51,804 bases of DNA from Rhodospirillales bacterium (GCA_016794005.1 JAEUKY010000213.1:1-51804), one strand, 5' to 3'. Numbered from the stretch's first letter, positions 1-8,289 are shown. Numbers and translations: made by a program. Notes: generated by a model from the sequence alone, not told the origin.

Positions 1-917
1 CGGCGCAGCTTGTCCTCGCCGAGGAACAGCAGGATCGGTGCCGCGATGAAGATCGACGACGACGTCGCGAGCAGGATGCCGAACAGCATCGTCCAGGCGA
101 ATTCCTCCAGCGCCTCGCCGCCGAACAGGGCGAGCGGCAGCGTGGCGAGGAACGTCGCCATCGACGTGCCGATCGTGCGCGACATGGTCTCGTTGATCGA
201 AAGGTCGATCAGGTCGCGCAGCGACATCGACTTGTACTTGCGCAGATTCTCGCGTACGCGGTCGTAGACGACGACCTTGTCGTTGATCGAATAGCCCATG
301 ACCGTCAGAAGGGCCGCGATCGCCACGAGATTGAACTGGAAATCGGTGACGACGTAGAAGCCGATCATTTTCGTGATGTCGAGCACGAGCGTGACGACGG
401 CGCCGACGCCGAACTGCCATTCGAACCGGAACCAGATGTAGAGCAGCATCGCGACGAGGCTGAGCCCGAGCGCCATCATGCCGTTGCGGAACAGCTCCTC
501 GGAGACCGATGCCCCCACCGCCTCGATGCGGCGGACCTGGAGGCCCGGGATCGCCTGCTGGAGGGCGCCGCGCACGCGTTCGACCGCGCGCTGCTGGGCC
601 GCGTCGTCGCCCGGCTGCCGTTCGAGGCGGATCAGCAGGTCGTTGGGCGAGCCGAACTGCTGGAGACCGGCCTGCCCGACATTCAGCGTCGCGAGCACGC
701 CGCGGATGGCCGGGAAATCCGCGGCCGCGGGCGTGCGCGCCTCGATCACGATGCCGCCCTTGAAGTCGATGCCGAAATTCATGCCCGGATGGAAATAGAG
801 CACGACCGAGATCGCCGAAAGCAGGGCCGACAGGATCAGGCCGGCGAAACGGCCTTTCATGAACTTGATGTCGGTCTTGTCGGGGAAGAACCGCAGGCGC
901 GGGAAGAGGCGGACCAT
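1..917 (-). CDS. secF: Protein translocase subunit SecF (C-terminal end lies beyond the window start)
   Basis: My reverse-complement translation from ATG at 917 gives MVRLFPRLRFFPDKTDIKFMKGRFAGLILSALL..GIDFKGG..YSINDKVVVYDRVRENL.., which is SecF-like. It starts 20 nt after the secD stop. It is absent from the ORF track because it has no in-window stop. Confidence 0.9.
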   Translation of the reverse strand, partial: MVRLFPRLRFFPDKTDIKFMKGRFAGLILSALLSAISVVLYFHPGMNFGIDFKGGIVIEARTPAAADFPAIRGVLATLNVGQAGLQQFGSPNDLLIRLERQPGDDAAQQRAVERVRGALQQAIPGLQVRRIEAVGASVSEELFRNGMMALGLSLVAMLLYIWFRFEWQFGVGAVVTLVLDITKMIGFYVVTDFQFNLVAIAALLTVMGYSINDKVVVYDRVRENLRKYKSMSLRDLIDLSINETMSRTIGTSMATFLATLPLALFGGEALEEFAWTMLFGILLATSSSIFIAAPILLFLGEDKLR

Positions 918-937
918 TTTTCGTCTCCGTCGCGCTG

Positions 938-2530
938 TCAGACCGGAAGGGCTTCGCGCTTCTTCGCGCGCAGCCACGTCACCATCATCAGGCGCACCAG
1001 CACCGTGGCGGTGAACATCGATGTCAGGATGCCGAGCGTGATCGTGACCGCGAAGCCGCGCACGGCGCCGGAGCCGAACGCGAACAGCAGCATCATCTTG
1101 ATCAGCGTCGTCAGGTTCGAGTCCACGATCGTGGAGAAGGCGCGCGCGAAGCCGGCTTCCATCGCCGCGTAGGGCGTCTTGCCGACCTTGGTCTCCTCGC
1201 GGATGCGCTCGTTGATCAGGATGTTCGCGTCGACCGACAGGCCGAGCGTCAGCAGCAGCCCCGCCATGCCCGGCAGGGTCAGCGTCGCCTGCAGCAGCGA
1301 AAGGCACGCGACCGTCAGGAAGAGGTTGGCGACGAGGCCGACGCATGCGAACACGCCGAAGAGCCCGTAGCTCCACACGATGAAGACGAAGACCAGCACC
1401 ATGCCGGCGATGATCGAGGCGATACCCGCGCGGATCGCATCGGCGCCCAGGTCGGGGCCGACGGTGCGCTCCTCGACGATGGTCAGCGGTGCCGGGAGCG
1501 CGCCCGCGCGCAGCAGCACGGCAAGGTCCTGCGCGTCGCGCGCCGTGAAGCGGCCGGAAATCTGGCCGCGGCCGCCCGTGATCGGCTCGCGGATGACCGG
1601 CGCGCTGATGACCTTGTCGTCGAGCACGATGGCGAAGGGACGGCCGACATTCTGGCGCGTGACGTCGGCGAAGCGGCGCGCACCCAGCGAGTCGAACTCG
1701 AAATTGACGATCCACTCGCCGGTCTGCGGGTTGGTGCCGGCGGACGCCTTGGTGAGGTTGGCCCCCTCCACTTCCACGCGCTGGCGCACCGCGTAGACCA
1801 TCGGCGCGCCGTCGAGGCGCCGCTCGTTCTCGGCGCGCAGGAACTCGACGCCGGGCGGCGGGCGCTGGCCCGCGGCCGGATCGGCGTTCGGGTCGAGCAG
1901 GCGGAACGTCATCCGCGCGGTCGTACCGAGCAGCTTCTTGATGCGGTCGGGATCGTCGACGCCGGGAAGCTGGACGAGGATGCGGTTCGCACCCTGCCGG
2001 GCGATCTGCGGCTCGTTGACGCCGGTCTCGTCGATGCGGCGGCGCACGATCTCGATCGACTGGGCCACGGCCTGCGTGGCCTTGTCGCGCAGGGCCACTT
2101 CGGTCAGCGTGATCGTGATCGTTCCGTCGGGCGTGGTCTGGAAATCGAGATCGGGCGTGCCGGCGCCGATGCCTCCGCCGCCCACGAGCGTGACGATCTC
2201 GCGCAGGTTGGCGACCGCCGCCTGCGCCTGGCCCGGATCGCGGACCTGGAAGACGACCGAATTCTCGCGGCCCGAGATCCCGACGATCTGGATGTTCGCG
2301 GCACGCATGCGCGTGCGGACCTGGTCCTGGATCGTCGCGATGCGCTCGCGCACGACCGCAGGCATGTCGACCTCAAGCAGCAGGTACGAACCGCCGCGCA
2401 GGTCGAGACCGAGATTCATCGCGTAGGGCCACCAGTCCGGCCGCGGCGTGACGTTCGGGACCGAAATGAGGATGCCCGCCACGCAGACGGCGAGGATGCT
2501 CCAGATCTTCCAGCGCGAGAAAAACAGCAT
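938..2530 (-). CDS. secD: Protein translocase subunit SecD
   Basis: 530-aa ORF with ATG start. N-terminus is MLFFSRWKIW..LGLDLRGGSYLLLEV, and the C-terminal half is hydrophobic. It sits in the yajC-secD-secF order. Confidence 0.95.
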   Translation of the reverse strand: MLFFSRWKIWSILAVCVAGILISVPNVTPRPDWWPYAMNLGLDLRGGSYLLLEVDMPAVVRERIATIQDQVRTRMRAANIQIVGISGRENSVVFQVRDPGQAQAAVANLREIVTLVGGGGIGAGTPDLDFQTTPDGTITITLTEVALRDKATQAVAQSIEIVRRRIDETGVNEPQIARQGANRILVQLPGVDDPDRIKKLLGTTARMTFRLLDPNADPAAGQRPPPGVEFLRAENERRLDGAPMVYAVRQRVEVEGANLTKASAGTNPQTGEWIVNFEFDSLGARRFADVTRQNVGRPFAIVLDDKVISAPVIREPITGGRGQISGRFTARDAQDLAVLLRAGALPAPLTIVEERTVGPDLGADAIRAGIASIIAGMVLVFVFIVWSYGLFGVFACVGLVANLFLTVACLSLLQATLTLPGMAGLLLTLGLSVDANILINERIREETKVGKTPYAAMEAGFARAFSTIVDSNLTTLIKMMLLFAFGSGAVRGFAVTITLGILTSMFTATVLVRLMMVTWLRAKKREALPV

Positions 2531-2570
2531 CGTTCGTGCGGCGCGGATCCGGCCCGGAGGCCGGTTCGCG

Positions 2571-3122
2571 TCAGTCCTTCAGCGTGGCGACGAACTCGGC
2601 GTGGCCGAGGCGCGAGTAGAGCTTGCGCTTGACCGGATCCTTCAGCGTATCGATGGCTTCGGCCAGCGACGCGTCGCCCGCCTTGCCTTCGATCGCGGCA
2701 TCGACTTCCGCCTGGCCCGCACCTTCGGGCAGGCCCAGCATCGACCAGTAGGTCGGGCCGGCCGGCGCCTTCTTCTCGGCCTTTTCGGCCTTGTCGTCGG
2801 CCGCGAGCGGTTCGGTCTTGGCCATCACTTCGGAGATCATCGCGCGCATGATGCGAACGCGAACGCCGTCGCCCACTTCGAGAACCGCCTCGCGGTCGGA
2901 GACGATGCGCTGGATCGTGCCGATAAGGCCGCCCGACGTGACGACGCGGTCGCCGCGCTTCAGCGCCTCGACCATCGCCTTGTGTTCCTTGACCTTCTTC
3001 TGCTGCGGACGGATCAGCAGGAAGTAGAAGACCACGAAAACGGCGGCCATCAGCATCAGCTGCGGCAGGACGTCGGCGGCACCGCCCCCGGCGGCTTGGG
3101 CATAGGCGGGAGAAATGAACAT
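2571..3122 (-). CDS. yajC: Preprotein translocase subunit YajC with an approximately 80-aa C-terminal extension resembling a degenerate J domain
   Basis: The N-terminal TM plus LLIRPQQKKVKEHKAMVEALKRGDRVVTSGGLIGTI is the YajC core. The tail is YWSMLGLPEGAGQAEVDAAI...EAIDTLKDPVKRKLYSRLGHAEF. It lies 40 nt upstream of secD. Confidence 0.9.
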   Translation of the reverse strand: MFISPAYAQAAGGGAADVLPQLMLMAAVFVVFYFLLIRPQQKKVKEHKAMVEALKRGDRVVTSGGLIGTIQRIVSDREAVLEVGDGVRVRIMRAMISEVMAKTEPLAADDKAEKAEKKAPAGPTYWSMLGLPEGAGQAEVDAAIEGKAGDASLAEAIDTLKDPVKRKLYSRLGHAEFVATLKD

Positions 3123-3169
3123 CGAGGCAGGCTCCGTCGTCAGGGTCGGGGGTATGAGGTCGGGGCGCG

Positions 3170-3197
3170 ACTATAGCCGCAACGCCCCGAATTGCAA
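3170..3197 (-). promoter_or_regulatory. Putative sigma70-type promoter for yajC-secDF (TTGCAA-N16-TATAGT)
   Basis: The minus strand reads TTGCAAttcggggcgttgcggcTATAGT. The -10 ends 47 nt upstream of the yajC ATG. Sequence match only. Confidence 0.35.
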
Positions 3198-3228
3198 CGG
3201 CCCATATGGCCGGAATCTCCCTTTCGGA

Positions 3229-3258
3229 TTGACCACTTGCATCCCCGGGGGCTAGTTT
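3229..3258 (+). promoter_or_regulatory. Putative promoter for the DUF815-type ATPase gene (TTGACC-N18-TAGTTT)
   Basis: The plus strand reads TTGACCacttgcatccccgggggcTAGTTT, about 33 nt upstream of the ATG at 3291. Sequence match only. Confidence 0.25.
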
Positions 3259-3290
3259 TCCGGCCCTTGCCTCTCGCCGGACTCCGCCAC

Positions 3291-4148
3291 ATGGACGACG
3301 CCAAGATCACCGCCCTGCTGACCCGCATCGCCGACGCGCTGGACCGCATCGCGCCGCCGGCCTCGATCTCGGCCGATCTCGATGCCGGCGACGCGTTCGT
3401 CTGGAACGCGGACGGCAAGCGGCTGGAGACCGTCGCGAAGGTCAATCGCGTCGATCTCGACCTGCTGCGCGGCGTCGAGCGCCAGCGCGAGATCCTGTTC
3501 GACAACACGCTGCGCTTCGCCGACGGCCTGCCCGCAAACAACGTGCTGCTCTGGGGTGCCCGCGGCACCGGCAAGTCGTCGCTGGTGAAGGCCGTGCACG
3601 CGACAATCAACGCCAAGCGCCCGCGCGCCCTGGCGCTGATCGAGATCCACCGCGAGGACATCCCGTCCCTGCCCCGCCTGCTGGCGCACGTGCGCGGCAA
3701 GAAGCGGCGCATCGTCGTGTTCTGCGACGACCTGTCGTTCGACGGGCAGGACGCGGCTTACAAGTCGCTCAAGGCCGTGCTCGACGGCGGCATCGAGGGG
3801 CGCCCGGACAACGTGGTGTTCTACGCCACGTCGAACCGCCGCCACCTGATGGCGCGCGACATGATCGAGAACGAACGCTCGACCGCGATCAATCCCGGCG
3901 AAGCTGTCGAGGAGAAGGTCTCGCTGTCCGACCGCTTCGGCCTCTGGCTCGGATTCCACAATGCCGACCAGGACACGTATTTCGCGATGATCGAGGGTTA
4001 CGCCCGCCGCTACGAACTCGATCTGCCGGTCGAGGAACTGCGCGCGCAGGCGAACGAGTGGTCGGTCACGCGCGGTGCGCGCTCCGGCCGCGTCGCCTGG
4101 CAGTTCGTCCAGGACCTCGCCGGACGCCTCGGGAAGAAACTCGATTAG
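3291..4148 (+). CDS. AAA-type ATPase of the DUF815 family (function unknown)
   Basis: Walker A motif LLWGARGTGKSSLVKAV. Preferred start is the internal ATG (MDDAKITALL), because the 5' part of ORF 3192..4148 lies in the divergent promoter region. By recollection, this family sits divergent from yajC in alphaproteobacteria. Confidence 0.85.
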   Translation: MDDAKITALLTRIADALDRIAPPASISADLDAGDAFVWNADGKRLETVAKVNRVDLDLLRGVERQREILFDNTLRFADGLPANNVLLWGARGTGKSSLVKAVHATINAKRPRALALIEIHREDIPSLPRLLAHVRGKKRRIVVFCDDLSFDGQDAAYKSLKAVLDGGIEGRPDNVVFYATSNRRHLMARDMIENERSTAINPGEAVEEKVSLSDRFGLWLGFHNADQDTYFAMIEGYARRYELDLPVEELRAQANEWSVTRGARSGRVAWQFVQDLAGRLGKKLD

Positions 4149-4227
4149 TATTGTAGTACCGCGTCGAGATTGCGCGCGGCGGCCAGGGTCGTGCATTAAT
4201 CGGGCTGGAACCGACCCCGAGGCCCCC

Positions 4228-4947
4228 TTGTCCGAAAACCCGCGCGTCCTGATCGTGGACGACGAAGCCGGCATCCGCGAAATGCTCGTCGAGTATTTCC
4301 AGATGCAGGGCTTCCGCACGGCCCAGGCCGTCGACGGCGCATCGGCCCGCGCGCAGGTCGCATCGTTCCGGCCGGATCTCGTCCTGCTCGACCTCAACAT
4401 GCCCGGCGAAAACGGCTTGAGCGTCGCACGCTGGCTGCGCGAGACGACGACCGCCGGCATCATCATGCTGACCGCCGCGCACGGCACGGTCGACCGGGTC
4501 GTCGGGCTGGAAATGGGGGCCGACGACTATGTCGCAAAGCCGTGCGACCTTCGCGAACTTCTGGCGCGCGCGCGCAGCGTGCTTCGTCGCCGGTCGACAC
4601 CGCCTTCTCCCGCCGTGCCTGCGGTTCCCGACGCGCGGCGCGTGCGGATGGGACGATGCACGCTGGAACTCGACGCGCGCCGGCTTCTCGACGCCGACGG
4701 GGCCGAGGTGGTCCTGACGACCATGGAGTTCGACCTGCTCGCGGCCTTCGCGCAGAACCCGAACCGGCCGCTGGAACGCGACCGACTGCTCGAGCTTGCC
4801 CATCATAAACGGTGGGAACCGTTCGATCGCAGCATCGACATCCGGATCGCGCGACTCCGCCGCAAGATCGAGCGCGACCCAGCCAAGCCGGAAACGCTCC
4901 GGACGGTCCGCGGGGCCGGCTACATGTTCGTTCCCGGAAAGGAATGA
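4228..4947 (+). CDS. OmpR/PhoB-family response regulator with no adjacent kinase
   Basis: Receiver domain RVLIVDDE..LVLLDLNMPG..DDYVAKP, plus a winged-helix tail FDLLAAFAQNPNRPLERDRLL..IDIRIARLRRKIE..LRTVRGAGYMF. TTG start with GAGG 5 nt upstream. The rest of ORF 4075.. overlaps the previous gene. Confidence 0.9.
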   Translation: MSENPRVLIVDDEAGIREMLVEYFQMQGFRTAQAVDGASARAQVASFRPDLVLLDLNMPGENGLSVARWLRETTTAGIIMLTAAHGTVDRVVGLEMGADDYVAKPCDLRELLARARSVLRRRSTPPSPAVPAVPDARRVRMGRCTLELDARRLLDADGAEVVLTTMEFDLLAAFAQNPNRPLERDRLLELAHHKRWEPFDRSIDIRIARLRRKIERDPAKPETLRTVRGAGYMFVPGKE

Positions 4948-4955
4948 ACGCCGAG

Positions 4956-4980
4956 ATTGAAACAATTGAAACAATAAACC
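4956..4980. repeat. Tandem 9-mer ATTGAAACA x2 plus a degenerate third copy (ATAAACC), in an AT-rich spacer
   Basis: Read directly: attgaaaca attgaaaca ataaacc. It starts 9 nt after the regulator stop and lies 75-100 nt upstream of the globin ATG. Confidence 0.6.
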
Positions 4981-5054
4981 GGGCCATAAGAAATATTCTG
5001 GATACATCCGGCGCCTACGTTTGTCGCGTTCCGTAAGCGCGAAGGTCTAGTTCA

Positions 5055-5483
5055 ATGACCCCAAGCCAGATCGCCCTCGTCCGCGGCAGTTTCGCCAAGC
5101 TGGCGCCCAGCCACGAATCCGTGGCGGCGCGCTTCTACGAGAACCTCTTCGATATCGACCCGTCGCTGCGGCATCTGTTCGCCTGCTGCGACATGCGGGC
5201 CCAATGCGCCAAACTCGTCGTGGCGATCGGGACGATCGTGAACGCGCTCGACGATCTGGAGCCGATCCTCGAGGGCATACGCGATCTCGGGCGCCGGCAT
5301 ATCCGCTACGGCGTACAGGAACGGCACTACGTTTCGTGCGGCAAGGCGCTGCTCGAAACGCTTCACGAGTGTTTCGGTCCTGCATTCGAAGGGAAGCTTT
5401 GCGAGGCGTGGGCGGCGGCATACGCGATCGTCTCCGGCGCCATGATCGAGGCCGCCCGCAGCCCCACCCCCAAAGCCGCCTGA
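5055..5483 (+). CDS. Single-domain globin (sensor-globin-like haem protein)
   Basis: 142 aa. IALVRGSFAKLAP..AARFYENLFDIDPSLRHLF (a B10-type Tyr) and LGRRHIRYGV (candidate proximal His). This is the overall pattern of bacterial single-domain sensor globins. Confidence 0.85.
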   Translation: MTPSQIALVRGSFAKLAPSHESVAARFYENLFDIDPSLRHLFACCDMRAQCAKLVVAIGTIVNALDDLEPILEGIRDLGRRHIRYGVQERHYVSCGKALLETLHECFGPAFEGKLCEAWAAAYAIVSGAMIEAARSPTPKAA

Positions 5484-5493
5484 GGAACCGACA

Positions 5494-5640
5494 ATGCCGG
5501 ATATCGAGACCGCCCCCATCCGCCGCCAGCCCCATCCGGAAAAGCTGACGCTCGACTATGTCCTGACCGAGGTCGTGCGGATCCTGGACGAGGAGCGGAA
5601 AGCCGCGAACGACGTTCCCGAGCAGCGCGCGGCCGCCTGA
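5494..5640 (+). CDS. Candidate 48-aa protein, unknown function (below the ORF-track size cut-off)
   Basis: The ATG lies 10 nt after the globin stop, with GAGGAA overlapping that stop. Product is MPDIETAPIRRQPHPEKLTLDYVLTEVVRILDEERKAANDVPEQRAAA. Third codon positions are strongly G/C. It ends 9 nt before the convergent nlpD stop. Confidence 0.3.
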   Translation: MPDIETAPIRRQPHPEKLTLDYVLTEVVRILDEERKAANDVPEQRAAA

Positions 5641-5649
5641 CCATCGCCG

Positions 5650-6738
5650 TCAGTTCGACGCATTCGCCTGCGATCCCAGGAAATCGATCGGATTCACCGC
5701 CCGCGTGCCGCGCCGCACCTCGAAGTGCAGTTGCGGACTGGTCACGTTTCCGCTTGAGCCGACGCGCCCGATCGTCTGGCCGCGCCGGACCTGGTCGCCG
5801 CGCTGCACGGCCAGTTCGTCGGCATGCGCATAGGCGGTGACGTAGCCGCTTTCGTGGCGCACCAGCAGCAGGTTGCCGAAGCCGCGCAGTTCGTTGCCGG
5901 CATAGATCACCACGCCGCTTTCGGCCGCGCGGAACGCCGTGCCGCGCGGTGCCGCGATGTTGATGCCGTCGTTCTGCAGGCCGCCCGGCTTGGGGCCGTA
6001 CTCGGACACGATCACGCCCCGCACCGGCCAGAGCATGCGCCCTGCCATCGCCCGCGTGTTGGCGTCGCTGTCCGGTGCCGCAGCCGGCGGATTGGAGGCC
6101 GCGATCGGCGGAGCAGGCGATGTCGGCGTCGGCGGCACCGGAGCCGGTACCGCAGCGACGGAAGGCGTCGCGGCAGCGGGAGGCGGCAAAGGTGCAGCTT
6201 CGACCGTTCCGCGCGGCGCCGCAGGACCACGCGGCGGCGGTTCGTTGACGGCGGCGACGGCCGGCGACGGCGACGCACCCGCCCCCGGAATTGCCAGGCG
6301 CTGTCCCACGCGGATCACGTAAGGCGGCTCGATCGAATTCACGCGCACGAGTTCGCGCAGCGGCACGCCGTAGCGTTGCGCGATTTGCGAAGCCGTGTCG
6401 CCCGGACGGACTTCGTGCGTGCGGACCGCCGGAATCGAAAGGCGCCTGCCGGCATCGAGCGCATAGGGCGGCGAAAGATTGTTCGCTTCGATCAGCGCCC
6501 GCGTCGGCACGCCGGACCGGCGCGAGATCGTGTAGATCGTATCGCCGTCGCGGACGACATAGGCGGAGCCGGGGGAAATCGCCTCGTTCGACGCCTGCGC
6601 GCGCGCGACCGCCGGTGTCTGCGCGCCGCCAACGACGACGGGCGCAGGCGGGCCGCTGCGCGCGCAGGCGCCCAGTCCGACGGCGATGACTGCGAAGAGC
6701 GCGTAAAGAACCGACCTGCGCATGGCCCCTGCCCTCAC
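5650..6738 (-). CDS. nlpD: LysM-domain M23 peptidase lipoprotein (NlpD-like)
   Basis: Lipobox AVGLGAC. Two LysM-like blocks (YVVRDGDTIYTISRR.., HEVRPGDTASQIAQRYG..), a Pro/Ala linker and a C-terminal M23 block (GYVTAYAHADEL..GNVTSPQLHFEV). The GTG at 6738 overlaps the pcm stop (GTGA). An alternative ATG is at 6723. Confidence 0.9.
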   Translation of the reverse strand: MRAGAMRRSVLYALFAVIAVGLGACARSGPPAPVVVGGAQTPAVARAQASNEAISPGSAYVVRDGDTIYTISRRSGVPTRALIEANNLSPPYALDAGRRLSIPAVRTHEVRPGDTASQIAQRYGVPLRELVRVNSIEPPYVIRVGQRLAIPGAGASPSPAVAAVNEPPPRGPAAPRGTVEAAPLPPPAAATPSVAAVPAPVPPTPTSPAPPIAASNPPAAAPDSDANTRAMAGRMLWPVRGVIVSEYGPKPGGLQNDGINIAAPRGTAFRAAESGVVIYAGNELRGFGNLLLVRHESGYVTAYAHADELAVQRGDQVRRGQTIGRVGSSGNVTSPQLHFEVRRGTRAVNPIDFLGSQANASN

Positions 6739-7370
6739 ACCGGCAGACCGGCCACCATCGGCACGAATCGTACGGCGTCGAGTTCCTCGATTTTGGCACG
6801 CCCGCCGGTCTTGCGCACGCGGATCAGGGCCTGCGTGCGCTTCTCGAGCCCGACCGGAAGAACCATCACGCCGTCGTCGGCAAGCTGGTCGACGAGCGTC
6901 CCCGGAATATCGACGGGAGCGGCGGTCACGATGATGCGCTCGAACGGCGCCTGCTCTGGCCAGCCCTGCCAGCCGTCGCCGAACTTCGTCACCACGTTGT
7001 GCACGCGCAGCGCCTTGAAGCGCGCTTCGGCTTCCAGCATCAGCTCGCGGTGGCGCTCGATCGTGTAGACGCGGCGGACCATGCGCGCCAGCACGCTCGT
7101 CTGGTAGCCGGAGCCGGTGCCGATCTCGAGCACCTTGCTGCGCGGACCGGCTTCCAGCGCTTGCGTCATCAGGCCGACGACCGACGGGCGCGACAGGGTC
7201 TGCGCGTGGCCGATCGGCAGGGCCGCATCCTCGTAGGCGCGGTCGCGGAAGGTCGGCGGCACGAACGCTTCGCGCGGCACGCGCTCGATCGCCGAGAGCA
7301 CGGCCGTATCCGCGATGCCGGCGGCACGCAGGTCCATGACAAGGCGGATGCGGTGGTTGGGCGTGCTCAT
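6735..7370 (-). CDS. pcm: Protein-L-isoaspartate O-methyltransferase
   Basis: MSTPNHRIRLVMDL.., SAM motif VLEIGTGSGYQTSVLA. The ATG overlaps the surE stop (ATGA). Order is surE-pcm-nlpD. Confidence 0.95.
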   Translation of the reverse strand: MSTPNHRIRLVMDLRAAGIADTAVLSAIERVPREAFVPPTFRDRAYEDAALPIGHAQTLSRPSVVGLMTQALEAGPRSKVLEIGTGSGYQTSVLARMVRRVYTIERHRELMLEAEARFKALRVHNVVTKFGDGWQGWPEQAPFERIIVTAAPVDIPGTLVDQLADDGVMVLPVGLEKRTQALIRVRKTGGRAKIEELDAVRFVPMVAGLPV

Positions 7371-8158
7371 GCGACTTCCGGCAGATGCTTGGCGAGCGAC
7401 TTGAGCGTCGCGCGATGCGTCAGGTCGAGATGCAGCGGCGTGACCGAGATGAATCCTCGGTCGGTCGCCCAGATGTCGGTTCCCTTGCGGTCGTCGTGGC
7501 CGCGCGTGGCCGCCCCGATCCAGTAGTAGACCAGCCCGCGCGGATCGGTATTGCGCACGATGTCGTCGCCCGACTTGTAGCGCCCCTGCACCGTGCGGAC
7601 GATGCCGCGCACCTTGCCGTGGGCCACGTCGGGGAAATTGACGTTCATCAGCACTTCGCGCTTCCAGCCGATGCGCGCCAGCTTGCGGATGACCGCACCC
7701 GCATGGTGCTGCGCCGTCGACCATTTCGGCGGATGGGGATGGTTGACGACCTGCGAAAGGGCGATCGCGGGCACGCCGAGGATGGTCGCCTCCATCGCGG
7801 CGGCGATGGTGCCCGAATAGGTCACGTCGTCGGCGAGATTGCCGCCCCGGTTGACGCCCGAAATGCAGAGCGTGGGCGGCCTGTCGCGCATGATCTCCTG
7901 GATCGCGAGCATCACGCAGTCGGTCGGCGTTCCGTCGACGGCGAAGCGGTTGCCCTTGAGATGGCGCACGCGCAGCGGCCGGCGGATGGTCAGGGAGTGG
8001 CTGACGGCGCTCTGTTCGGTCTCGGGCGCCACGACCCAGACGTCGCGGCTGAGCGTGCGCGCGACGCGCTCGAGCAGGGCGATGCCCGGTGCGGCGATCC
8101 CGTCGTCGTTGACGACGAGGATGCGCGCCTTTGCGAGGTCGATCGGCTTGCCGAACAT
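7367..8158 (-). CDS. surE: 5'/3'-nucleotidase SurE
   Basis: ARILVVNDDGIAAPGI..GVNRGGNLADDVTYSGTIAAAMEA. Start is the internal ATG (MFGKPIDL) of ORF 7367..9076. Confidence 0.95.
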   Translation of the reverse strand: MFGKPIDLAKARILVVNDDGIAAPGIALLERVARTLSRDVWVVAPETEQSAVSHSLTIRRPLRVRHLKGNRFAVDGTPTDCVMLAIQEIMRDRPPTLCISGVNRGGNLADDVTYSGTIAAAMEATILGVPAIALSQVVNHPHPPKWSTAQHHAGAVIRKLARIGWKREVLMNVNFPDVAHGKVRGIVRTVQGRYKSGDDIVRNTDPRGLVYYWIGAATRGHDDRKGTDIWATDRGFISVTPLHLDLTHRATLKSLAKHLPEVA

Positions 8159-8227
8159 CCGGTCCCGGGCGCCAGATCGGGGGGCTTGACGGTCGAATTC
8201 GACTCGACGATCCCGATGCGCCGAATC

Positions 8228-8257
8228 TTTATAAGGTTCGCGCGACTCGGGTGTCCA
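8228..8257 (-). promoter_or_regulatory. Putative surE promoter (TGGACA-N18-TATAAA)
   Basis: The minus strand reads TGGACAcccgagtcgcgcgaacctTATAAA, about 70 nt upstream of the surE ATG. Sequence match only. Confidence 0.25.
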
Positions 8258-8289
8258 CAGATCGGCAAAAAGCGATTCGCGTCCGGGAC

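Noticed and set aside
3192-3290. N-terminal 33-codon extension of the DUF815 ATPase ORF
   Set aside because: It lies in the divergent promoter region and would overlap the putative -35/-10 boxes. The conserved protein begins at MDDAKITALL.
3252-4487. 411-aa minus-strand ORF
   Set aside because: It is antisense to the DUF815 ATPase and the response regulator genes and has no motifs.
4948-5054. AT-rich spacer as a dif or attachment site marking an inserted island
   Set aside because: It has no resemblance to the dif core as I remember it. There is no integrase, tRNA or flanking direct repeats, and the flanking genes have host-like GC3.
5950-6330. Apparent DNA repeats in nlpD (similar ones occur in the SPOR gene around 14980-15250)
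   Set aside because: These encode Pro/Ala-rich linkers. They are low-complexity coding sequence, not discrete repeat units.
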